Shown one piece after another: positions 50,690-61,602 of a stretch of DNA of 61,602 bases (positions within the stretch are counted from its first letter, which is position 1; every line of letters begins with the position of its first letter). The translations under genes and the position numbers were made by a program. Source of the stretch: Octopus bimaculoides (lineage: Eukaryota). The stretch lies in assembly GCF_001194135.2 (NCBI RefSeq), contig NC_068994.1, positions 17,632,387 through 17,693,988 of the forward strand. Direction: 5' to 3'. The notes under the pieces were generated by a model. That model was given only the letters and a program-made list of their open reading frames with translations, made no database searches and was not told the DNA's origin.

Positions 50690-51190
50690 GAGTACATATA
50701 TAAATTCAAAAATGGCAGAATTCTGCTTTAAGCAACCCATATAACTCCTCATAACTTTTTTATTTTTTCCTTTTTGAACTTTCAGAAATATTTTGCAAAT
50801 TTGTATTCTACACAGGAATTCATATGACTATGAAAAAAAATTTTTTTTTTTTTTTTCCTTAAATCAGTTTAAAATATGGACAGTCTGAATTTTTTGCTTA
50901 AATCTCAGCAATACACCATTAAATGCATTTATAGGGAGAAAGATTTTGAAATTCATTAATACATTTAACAAGAGGTGTATCAGGTGATCATGAGATGTGC
51001 TAAAAATAACAGCTAAATAGCCCTTAAATAATAGACATTCCCCCCCTCCCCCTCATGATTGTATAAATCCCCATGTGTAGAACACAAATTCGCAAAAATT
51101 TTGTGAAAATTCCAAAAAATAAAAAAGTTATGAGGGATTATATGGGGTCTTTAAAGCAAAATTCCACTTCAAAAACATACATATGTTTGA
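50690..51190. mobile_element. MITE with about 130-bp imperfect TIRs
   Basis: GAATTCTGCTTTAAGCAACCCATATAACTCCTCATAACTTTTT...TTCTACACA is mirrored by TGTGTAGAAC...AAAAAGTTATGAGGGATTATATGGGGTCTTTAAAGCAAAATTC. Confidence 0.65.
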
Positions 51191-51315
51191 GATAAGAAAT
51201 TGGTTAAAAAGTGTGCAATACACAGAATAGACACACATACACACACATATTGGTGGGATCAACCAGAGAGTACTCCATACAGTGAGAGATAAATATCATT
51301 TAATATACTCAGGAT

Positions 51316-51930
51316 TTAAGGTGGCGAGCTGGCAGAAGCGTTAGCACACCAGGCAAAATGCATTTTTATGATCTGAGTTCAAATTCTGCCGAGGTTGACT
51401 TTGCCTTTCATCTTTTTGGAGCCAATAATATAAGTACCAGTCAAACACTGGGGATGATGTAATCGAATTACCTCTGCTCTGAAATTGCAGGCCTTGTGCC
51501 AAAATTTGAACCAATATTAAATTTCTTGCAAGGCAGCAAGTTGGTAGAATCATTAGCACACCGGGCAAAATACTTAGTGGTATTTCGTCCATCTTTACAT
51601 CCTGAGTTCAAATTCTGCCATGGTTGACTTTGTTCTTTCATCCTTTCAGGGTTGATAAAATAAGTACCAGTTGAGCACTGGGATCAATATAATTGACTTA
51701 CCCTCTGCTCCAAAATTGCTGGCCTTGTGCCAAAATTTGAAACCAATATCTTATAAGGTGGTGAGCTAGCAGAATTGTTAGCACACCAGGCAAAATTCTG
51801 CCAAGGTCAACTTTGTCTTTCATCCTTTCAGGGTCAATAAAATAAGTATCAGTTAAACACTAGAGTTGATGTAATTGACTTACCCCCTGCTTCAAAGTTG
51901 CTGGCCTTGTGCCAAAATTCGAAACCAATA
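51316..51930 (+). mobile_element. Chain of tandem family C SINE copies
   Basis: Three successive AAGG(T/C)(G/A)GCRAG...GGCCTTGTGCCAAAATTTGAA units, head to tail. Confidence 0.8.
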
Positions 51931-52858
51931 TGCAGAGGATTTAAAAAGCAATCTACTATTAGTTTCATGCGTCTAATGAAACTAATAGTAGCTCGCATTT
52001 AGATCCTGAGTATATTAAATGATATACACTAGTTTACTCCATGTATTACATACTTTTTAGGTAAATACATATATATATATATTATAATATATGTATGTAT
52101 TTTAAGTTGAGGTTTCTCTCTGTTGCTACTCTGAGTTTCTCACATCTATTGTTTTTTTTTCACAGCAAATCTGTGATAAATGGAAATGAGAAACCCACAT
52201 TAGTGATGATGGGGGAATTGTCAGCATCGACTAGGTAAATATGTATGTATATGGTTAGGGCCAAATAATAAGATATATATTTCTGATGAACTGAAGTTGT
52301 AACCTGATTGTAACTGACTTCACTAAAACTTCTAGTGTTCTTAGGAAAATGCATGAACATCACAACATCTGTTTTTCCCTCTTGAAGTCAATACATCTGA
52401 TGACCCATTGAAAGATTCTCTGATCACAAAGTCAAGTAATTGACTATTCACTGCACTGGTGCATGAGAACAATGTTTATTATATATAGTATATTATATAT
52501 ACTTGTATGCACATACTGATATATACATATATTATATCGGTGTTTGTTATGAATATACATACACAAGCACACACACATTCAGACATCACACACACATACT
52601 GACTTTTTAAGTTAGTTACAATATTACTTGTTCTATAGTCATACCATTTTATATACATTTAACATAAATTGTGTTTATAACATTTTTTTTTCTTGTTTAT
52701 TTTAAAATGAGAGAAGAAAAAAAAAATTCATTCATACTATAAATATTTTGGATGAATGTTTTGACAAGAAAGGGTAAGCACAATATTTATCTTCATTTTG
52801 TTTTTCGGAAGAAAAAAAAGGAATAATTTTTTGTTTCCTTTTTTTTTTTTTTTTTTTT

Positions 52859-53564
52859 NNNNNNNNNNNNNNNNNNNNNNNNNNNNNNNNNNNNNNNNNN
52901 NNNNNNNNNNNNNNNNNNNNNNNNNNNNNNNNNNNNNNNNNNNNNNNNNNNNNNNNNNNNNNNNNNNNNNNNNNNNNNNNNNNNNNNNNNNNNNNNNNNN
53001 NNNNNNNNNNNNNNNNNNNNNNNNNNNNNNNNNNNNNNNNNNNNNNNNNNNNNNNNNNNNNNNNNNNNNNNNNNNNNNNNNNNNNNNNNNNNNNNNNNNN
53101 NNNNNNNNNNNNNNNNNNNNNNNNNNNNNNNNNNNNNNNNNNNNNNNNNNNNNNNNNNNNNNNNNNNNNNNNNNNNNNNNNNNNNNNNNNNNNNNNNNNN
53201 NNNNNNNNNNNNNNNNNNNNNNNNNNNNNNNNNNNNNNNNNNNNNNNNNNNNNNNNNNNNNNNNNNNNNNNNNNNNNNNNNNNNNNNNNNNNNNNNNNNN
53301 NNNNNNNNNNNNNNNNNNNNNNNNNNNNNNNNNNNNNNNNNNNNNNNNNNNNNNNNNNNNNNNNNNNNNNNNNNNNNNNNNNNNNNNNNNNNNNNNNNNN
53401 NNNNNNNNNNNNNNNNNNNNNNNNNNNNNNNNNNNNNNNNNNNNNNNNNNNNNNNNNNNNNNNNNNNNNNNNNNNNNNNNNNNNNNNNNNNNNNNNNNNN
53501 NNNNNNNNNNNNNNNNNNNNNNNNNNNNNNNNNNNNNNNNNNNNNNNNNNNNNNNNNNNNNNNN
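52859..53564. other. Assembly gap (706 N); 10-N gaps also at 28976-28985, 30352-30361 and 49856-49865
   Basis: Runs of N. Confidence 0.99.
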
Positions 53565-53838
53565 CAGATACATGTACCCTTAATGTAGTTCTTGGGGATA
53601 TTCAGCGTGACAAGGCTGACCCTTTGAATTACAGGCACAACAGAAACAGGAAGTAAGAGTGAGAGAAAGTTGTGGTGGAAGAGTACAGCAGGGTTCGCCA
53701 CCATCCCCTGCTGGAGCCTCGTGGAGCTTTAGGTGTTTTCGCTCAATAAACACTCACAACACCCGGTCTAGGAATCAAAACCGCGATCCTATGACCACAA
53801 GTCCGCTGCCCTAACCACTGGGCCATTGCGCCTCCACA
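53565..53838 (-). mobile_element. SINE family A copy (cut by assembly gap)
   Basis: Reverse complement of the 5' two-thirds of 9526-9914. Confidence 0.85.
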
Positions 53839-56538
53839 TATAAGTTTATAAATGAATTTCATTTAGCCAAGACTCTCTGTGTCTTCATGAAGGCGCGTGA
53901 CCTATTGGTTAGGGTGTTACACTCACGATCACAAGATCTTGGTTTCAGTTCCCAGACTGGACAATGTATTTTGTTCTTGAGCAAAACAGTTCATTTCACA
54001 TTGCTCCAGTCTACTCAGCTGTAAATGAGTAACCCTGCAATATATTGGTCTCCTATTCAGGGTGAATGTTGTGATCTCAGTCATTAGTACACCATGCGAA
54101 CCAGGCAAGTGGCCCTTATGAGTCCCCAGAATTAAAATATCTCTTCATGTGCCAAGCCTACAAAAATCAACAGTCTTGAATTTCCATGCCTATGTGTAAT
54201 CCTCTCGCATTCAAATTATTCTGTCTAATCTAAAGCTTATGCATTCATATTGTTTTGAATTAATCATGCATTATCTTGTAGCTTTAAGATTTCAATGATG
54301 TGATCGTTTATTCTTAGAATTACATTGTAGGGTAGGTATGAGAGGTCAGATTTGGCCACTTTGAACATGAAACAAATTGAGTATTTTGGCCAGATATGGC
54401 TGGTTTAAGCGCTAAAAGGTTTAAGATTTGTGGTTTTTCTTGGAAAAGACTCAGTAGTAGTTTCTAGTATCCTTCTCTATCTTATTCTCATCTCCTTCTC
54501 TCCTAAGCTGATCCTTGACACATAGAGCCTGTTTAACCCTTAGGCAGGGGAATTGGTTCACATGACACCAGAGCACTTTGACACTGGTGAGCACATGTAA
54601 TGCATGCCTAGGACCAGCCCTCCTCCACTTAGTCCTGAATGCCATTTTCAAGACCATTTTCTGCTATTTGACCTACAACTTGTGGCCGTACACCTTAACA
54701 GGAACTTCCACTCTGGGTCACAGCAAACCATGCAGTGGTGGTGAGTGAGGAATAACTTCATACTTTCTAAAGTTCTTCAACACTCAAGCTAGAGCTTCAT
54801 TGCCGAATGTAGTTTCATCCTTTCGCATTTAAACTGGCCAAATCCAGTCCAAATATTCTACCTGTTTTATGTTCAAATCAGCCACATCCAGCCTCTCACA
54901 CCTTCCTTACAATGTCATTCTAAAAATAAACAATCACATCATAGAAATCTTGAAGCTATGAGATAATGCATGATTAATTTAAAACAATGTGAATAAATAA
55001 GCATCTCATTTCACAGAATAATCTGAATGCTAAAAGGTTAATGTCTTGTCTAGGAGAGAGCGCTAAGACAAAATCAATGTTAAAAATAGGTTGAATAAAC
55101 TTCAATCTATTACTAATACATATATTACTCACATCTCAACTAAGCGGTATGAGGGTAGGGGTGAAAGGCAAAACTAGCCAAACCCCCTGGAGGTTTTCAA
55201 CTTAGAATAATAAGACTGTGTTTGGATGATGTAGATCGTTTAATTTTTTCCTAGTTTCTGTGTCACCATCTCCCTATGACTAAAATATATATTTCTAAAA
55301 CCAATAGCATGTCAGTAAGTTTATAGGGTGGTTGCTAAAAGATTGTGGAAGTCACCCTTTTATGGATGAAACATTGAAGCAAAGTAATATAAGCTCTAGA
55401 AACAATACAACAATTTTATTAGTTCAATTGTCATAAAGAATGTAGAATGTAAAATGTTTAGTTTAGGGTCTTGCACTTCATCAGAAAGTAAAGAGAAAAT
55501 GGTGTTGTTACTAGAACTGTTGCCATTTTCTTGGTTCCAGCCCTCAGAATTGAAGTTGAAAGAGTGATGTGAGGAATCAAGAGGGATGGCAGTGAGAGAG
55601 AGAGAGAGAGAGAGAGAGATTTTGAGTACTAGCCAAGTGTTAGTGCATCTCTCTCTCTCTCTCTCTCCCTCTCTCTCCCTCTCTCCCTCTCTCTCTCTCT
55701 CTCTCTCTGTGGATGTTTTAGGGTAACTAAAGCGATTAGCAAAAACATCACTTGGAGTCAAGAGTGACATGTTACCAAGTCACTTTTGCCTTTGAGTGAT
55801 GTCCCAGATTTACTCCAACAAAATATTCTGATAATTTTCAGGAATTCTGGGCTAGTGAAATCAATGTGGTTGAGGTTCATCTTGAACATTTGTATATTAA
55901 CCCTTTAGCATTCAGATTACTCTGTCAAATGTAATACTTTATTTATTCATATTGGTTTTAATTAACCTATGCTTTATCTCATAGCTTTGAGGTTTCAATG
56001 ATGTAATTGTTTATTTTTAGAATGTCAATGTAGTGTAGGTGTGAGAGGTTAGATATGGTCAGTTTAAATGTGGAGCAAGTAGAATTTGTGGGGCAGATAT
56101 GGCCAGTTTAAATGCAAGAAAAAATATGAACAAGTGAGGAATTAGAATGAGTTGCAGTTCAGAGGACGAATGATTGGTTAAGTTTGATTGGTTAAGATAT
56201 AATTGGTTAAGTTTGATTGGTTAAGATATAATGAAGAGAGATGCAGTAGGAATGACAAGAGAATAAAGACTGATACAACAGGCTCAGATGACCTTGGGTG
56301 GAAGTAGTATACAGCTCTCTGGGTTGGCAAGATATTAGGCTGCTGTGATGGATTCTGTCACTTTTGACGATGAACATTTAGTTGCCAAGTCAACTGCACC
56401 ACTAATCATTAAATTAATATACTAGTGGTTGATGTAATTCTCAGATGAATTCATCATGATACGAGACATGATAAATCTTGGTCCTTTCAAATATAGATAC
56501 AATCCATCTGACAATTTCCTTATAGTTTGCATCAAGAG

Positions 56539-56788
56539 CAGTGATTCTCAACCTGGGTCCATATGGCCTTTGAAGGTCCATAGAAGATTTTGTTGTTAAA
56601 ATTTATATGCAATAAATTGGTTATACTTCTACAATACTAAAAATATTTTAATTTTTTTATACAATTCCTATTTGATTATAAAAATGCAATAGGATTTTTT
56701 TATATACATTGAATGGCCTATGGAGGTCTAGTAGAGTAAAATAGGAATCAAAGGGATCCATAGGCAAAAAAATGGTTGAGAACCACTG
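56539..56788. mobile_element. hAT (MER5/Charlie-like) MITE; second copy at about 30541-30790 in opposite orientation
   Basis: TIRs CAGTGATTCTCAACC / GGTTGAGAACCACTG, with a decayed 8-bp TSD ATCAAGAG / ATCTACAG. Confidence 0.7.
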
Positions 56789-56999
56789 ATCTACAGACCG
56801 TTGCAGTAATAGTAAAAAAAGGCAGAGAGAAAAAAGCAGTCTGTTTTTGAGCCAGCTGCTATGTCATACTGGTGAATAGGTCTTTGCCAGCAAGATGGTC
56901 TTCTTTTAAATGTAAACTCGAATGTTTGTGTCTATAGTGAGCTCCACTGCTCTAGAGATGTAAGCAGAACTCCTGTGTGAGTTGCATTTGAACTGTGGA

Positions 57000-57760
57000 G
57001 AAGTAAACAGCTGATTAAAGGTGAAGAATTTTCTAACCTGAAGAGGAATTTGTTACTGGATGTGATATGGCCAATGTTATATAAATGAGATTGCTTGACC
57101 CTGACTGTAATCTTTGTTCACAAAAAACAGTGTATTTCTGATGTGGGATGCCTATGCTGTATATAGTTAGAAGAAAGAGTATGGAAGACAATATAACCTT
57201 TAGGTATATTGTTATTGGCAAAATTTAGTTGAGACATCCCTGTTAGTACATGATACAACAGAACAATTTGAAAGGAAACTTGTAATTGAAAGAGATGAAA
57301 AGATGGTTGGAGGCCATGAACAGCCAACTTAAGGGAGTCTCGTATAAGATGCAGACTAACTTTTAGCACACTGTAGGTATATCATATCACTGTATAAGTT
57401 TTCTTCCCTGTAGTAACAGAGCAGTGGCAGGGGAAACAATTCTAGGGAGAATGCAGTGTGCTAAAGGTTAAGAATTTGCTGGTGACAAAGGCAATATTAT
57501 TTTCAGATAGGTTCACAAAGCTTTTCAGGAGCCATTTCTTGATGCTATTGGAGAGCAAATCCACAGTAAACCTGACCCAATTTATGGTTTCTGTGAAGAG
57601 AAAGAGATGCTAAATGAGATAAACAAGAGCAGTCTTAGAATACAGAAGTTTGCAGGTTCAAGATTGCTCTTCTTGTGAATAGGATTCAATATTTCATACT
57701 TCTGTAGATAGGAATAGAACCTATAGAGAAAGATTGAAAAGTTAGATGTGGTTAGCAGGG
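57000..57760 (-). mobile_element. L2/CR1-superclade LINE 3' fragment (decayed)
   Basis: The minus frame LQPSFHLFQLQVSFQIVLLYHVLTGMSQLNF...HRH loosely resembles the LxxL..RR...L.LFYK...G..S.EL region after the RT domain. Confidence 0.4.
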
Positions 57761-58431
57761 AACATTTGGTGTACTATTTCAGTGTAATGGATAAGAACTT
57801 GAAGGGGCTTTAGTCAATTATATCACCCCACCTCCAATACATATTTCAATCTCATATATATGTTATTGGTCAAGCAGTCAAGTTATCTTTTTGGCACAAC
57901 ATCTGTTGGTATCACTGTTTAACTCCAGGTCAACTTTTAATGAGCAGACATATGGTCAAATACATTTCAGTCCAGAACATTTATCTTTATTTTTATTTTC
58001 TAACAGTGAAATATCCAAAGTGGCCTTCTGTTTTTAAGATGGATTGAAGTAGATTCAATTTCTATTTGTAGGAAGCTCAGCTTAACACAAGTTGTGTTAG
58101 AACATACACATACACACACACACATATGTACATGTGTGTGTATACATGTTTATGTGTATGTGTGCGTAAGTATATATGTGCATATATATATATATGTATG
58201 TATATTTGTATATATATATAGTTGAGATTTATAGAAAAATAAAAGACGAAAACAGGTGTAGGAATAACAAGCATGTGTATTAGTTTGATGCTCGGAAAAA
58301 ATGGAAAAGTCTTTTATGGTTCAAGCCTACACTATTTGACAGAAAGGAATAAGAGGAAATAAATAGAGAGAGAATGAAAAAAAACATGTAGAGTTCAGTG
58401 GTCCAACATGATATATGTGTATATGTGTGTA

Positions 58432-58478
<47 letters not shown>

Positions 58479-59402
58479 TAAATATATGTACCATGCATCT
58501 GCTAATTTTTTTTTTGGATACCTATATAATCACAAGCAGATATAGACACTGAGAGAGAGTGTATATGTGTGTGTGTGTGTGTGTAAATGTCTCCTAAAGC
58601 CTGTAATAGTTTTTTAAGGGTCAGTGCTGAATTCCACTTCCGTACTATGAAACAGATGAGAATTAAATTCTTCCCTCGATAGAAAACCAAATTATTTCAG
58701 GTAACATCCCTTAGTAATCTGTTACTTAATCCACTTGACAAGCTGACTGGTCTAATAATAGAAGCAAGGAAATTCCTACAGCTAATTTTCACTCCTGACC
58801 TATATTTAGTTTTACCTCGATGATATTATATATTGTGTGTGTTAAGAAATTAGTTTCCCAACAAGAATTTTTTGGATCCAGTCCCACTTCATAGCACCTT
58901 GATCAAATGTCTTCAAATATAACCCTGGGCTCACCAAAGCCTTGTGAGTGGATTTAGTACATGGAAACTGAAAGAAGTTCATCATAAGTATTACTATCTT
59001 ATTGTATTTTCATCTACTAGTAGAAGACACTTACCCATGGTGCTGCACAGTGGGACTGAACCTGAAACCATATGGTTGCAAAGTGATCTTCTTAATCACA
59101 CACTCTGGCATCTTCTTGTGAGTGAATTTGGTAGACAGAAACTGAAAAAAAGCCTGTATTTATATATGTGTGTGAGTGTGTGTGTTTGTCCCCCATCACT
59201 ACTTGACAACTGGTGTCGGTTTGTTTATGTCCCCATAACTTAGTGGTTTGGCAAAAAGCTACCAACAGAATAAGTACCAAGCTTAAAAAAGAAAAATAAG
59301 TACTGGGGTCAATTCATTTGGCTAAAAAGTTCTTCAAAGTGGGTGCCCCAGCATGGTCACAGTATAATGACTGAAACAGATAAAAGACATATATATATAC
59401 AT

Positions 59403-59567
59403 GGCGCAGGAGTGGCTGTGTGGTAAGTAGCTTGCTTACCAACCACATGGTTCTGGGTTCATTCCCACTGCGTGGTACCTTGGGCAAGTGTCTTCTACTA
59501 TAGCCTCGGGCCGACCAAAGCCTTGTGAGTGGATTTGGTAGATGGAAACTGAAAGAAGCCCATCGTA

Positions 59568-59628
<61 letters not shown>

Positions 59629-59837
59629 GTGTGTCTGTGTTTCCCCCCCCCCCAACATCACTTGACAACCGATGCTGGTGTGTTTACGTCCCCGTAAGCT
59701 AGCGGTTCGGCAAAAGAGACCGATAGAATAAGTACTAGGCTTCCAAAGAATAAGTCCTGGGGTCGATTTGCTCGACTAAAGGCGGTGCTCCAGCATGGCC
59801 ACAGTCAAAAGACTGAAACAAGAAAAAGAGTAAAGAG
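59403..59837 (+). mobile_element. SINE family B, full length
   Basis: Matches the consensus. Older copies are adjacent (about 58850-59390 and 60113-60470); others lie at about 21405-21825, 35140-35500 and 39710-40080. Confidence 0.85.
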
Positions 59838-60821
59838 TATATAAAATTGTTTAGGAATTGAAAATGCACTTGGATCTTAAAACAAATTTTAGTTCTTTCA
59901 AAATTTTTGTGTTTATAGAAATACCAGTCTCAACATTTTTTCTTTTGTTTTTCTCTGGTAAATGAAAATTAAAAAAAAGAAAGGAATGCTCAAGAGTAAG
60001 TTTCATGGTGATAAAACATGCTCAAAAGTTTATAAATGTTCAATAAGGCAGTCAGCCAACCAGAATGCTGTGTCACAGCTTGGCAAAAGCAAGTTACATC
60101 TTAAACAACCTAAGGGCAGAGTGGCTGTGTGTTAAGCAGCTTGCTTACTAACCACATGGTTCTAGGTTCAGTCCCACTGCGTGGCACTTTGAGCAAACAT
60201 CTACTATAGCCTCGGGTCAACCAAAGCCTTGTGAGTGGATTTGGTAGACGGAAACTGAAAGAAACTTGTTGTATATGTGTGTGTGTCTGTGCCCCCTACC
60301 ATCGCTTGACAACCAATGCTGGTGTATTTATGTCCCTGAAACTTAGTTATTCAGCAAAAGAGACCAATAGAATAAGTACTAGGCTTATAAAGAATATGTC
60401 CTGGGGGCGATTTGTTCGACTAAAGGGCGATGCTCCAGCATGGCCGCAGTCAAATGACTGAAACAAATAAAAGGATATATAAAGCAATATCAGCTTGAAA
60501 AGTAGTTCATGTTCAATATCTGGAATGAGAAAAGCAAGCAAAAAGCAATTCTGCTTCACACCATGCAAAAGAGCTTGTAAAAAATTTTCCTTATTCTTAA
60601 AAATCTTCCATCATGTCAAATTGCTGCCATAATTTATTTCTATGAAATTTATTGAACTTTCAAATTTCTAATATGTATTTTTGCTATGAAATTTATCACA
60701 CATTTGAACTTTCAACATCTATTATTGCTGTGAAACTTATTTAACACTTGAATTTTCATCATTCAATGTAATTTTTCTATGAAGCCTATTGAACATTTGA
60801 TTTTTAAGCATAGAGTATTGA

Positions 60822-61350
60822 GAGAGCAGTTGGACATAAGAGGAATTATATGCAGTGTGCAAGAGAAGAGACTGCACTGGTTTGGTCATGTAATGTGGAT
60901 GGATGAGGAGAGTTGCATAAAGAAGTGATGATCACTTAAAGTGGAGGGAAGTTGTCAAAGAGGGAGATCCAGGAAGATATGGGACAAAGTATTGAAGGCT
61001 GATCGCAAAACGCTGAACCTCACAAAGGAGATGACAGATAACTGAGATATGTGGTGCATTGCTGTACTCAAGAAGAACCACCCACCACAACAGAATTGAG
61101 ATCCTAAAACCAAGGTGCCGTGTAAAAAGCATTAATGTGGGTTTATGGTACCACGTAAAAAGCATTGGTGCTGATGCCATATAAAAAGCACTCTGTGGAG
61201 TGGTTGGTGTTAGGAAGGGCATCTAGCCATAGAAACCAAGCCAAAACAGACTATGGAACCTGGTGCAGCTCCTGGCCTTACCAGTTCTTGTCAAGCTATC
61301 CAACCCATACCAGCATGGAAAACGGATGTTAAATGATGATGATGATGATT
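60822..61350 (+). mobile_element. RTE-clade LINE 3' end: ORF C-terminus + 3'UTR + (GAT)n tail
   Basis: VLREQLDIRGIICSVQEKRLHWFGHVM...RGRSRKIWDKVLK...MWCIAVLKK. The 3'UTR also occurs alone at 11940-12190, 14310-14490, 15109-15385, 32440-32760, 35998-36212, 36480-36760, 45980-46250 and 47395-47725. Confidence 0.7.
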
Positions 61351-61602
61351 TTATCACTATGAAACATTTTCTTATGCATTTTCTTTGTTCAAAATTTTCA
61401 TCTTTCTGTTTTTATTTACCACTGAAACAAAAAAACTGATGAAGCTTGTATGGTTTTTTTTTAATAAATTCAAACAATTTTAAAAAGGTAAAATTTGTTT
61501 CAAAACCCCCAAGTGCATTTTCAACCCCAAACAAATGTTCTTATATTCCTACTTGTGTGGAAATATGCCTCTCTTTTCCTATATACATATATTTATCTTT
61601 TA

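Noticed and set aside
52737-53704. ORFs of 261-303 aa
   Set aside because: They run through the 706-N assembly gap.

Overview
AT-rich, repeat-dense animal genomic DNA, most likely octopus (inferred from the SINE, MITE and microsatellite landscape). It holds one intact protein-coding gene: a 10-exon CHMP7 orthologue (ESCRT-II/III hybrid) on the + strand. The CDS spans 9079-49758 and splices by hand to 1365 nt = 454 aa + stop, with all introns GT-AG and phases consistent. The rest is tRNA-derived SINEs, RTE, R4/Dong, L2/CR1-like and Penelope-like retroelement fossils, hAT, mariner, Tigger, piggyBac and Helentron-type non-autonomous elements, microsatellites and four assembly gaps. Most ORFs in the supplied track are microsatellite or repeat artefacts. 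Three observations stand out. (1) Penelope-like elements built as inverted arms, two of them between 15-16 bp direct repeats, carry minimal hammerhead-ribozyme motifs inside CHMP7 introns. (2) A degenerate copy of CHMP7 exon 3, with its splice acceptor, sits in the loop of a perfect 25-bp inverted repeat in intron 2. (3) Mutually exclusive base-pairing options flank exon 9, which encodes the predicted NES; skipping it gives an open alternative frame in exon 10. All alignments and counts were done by eye, and no database searches were run.
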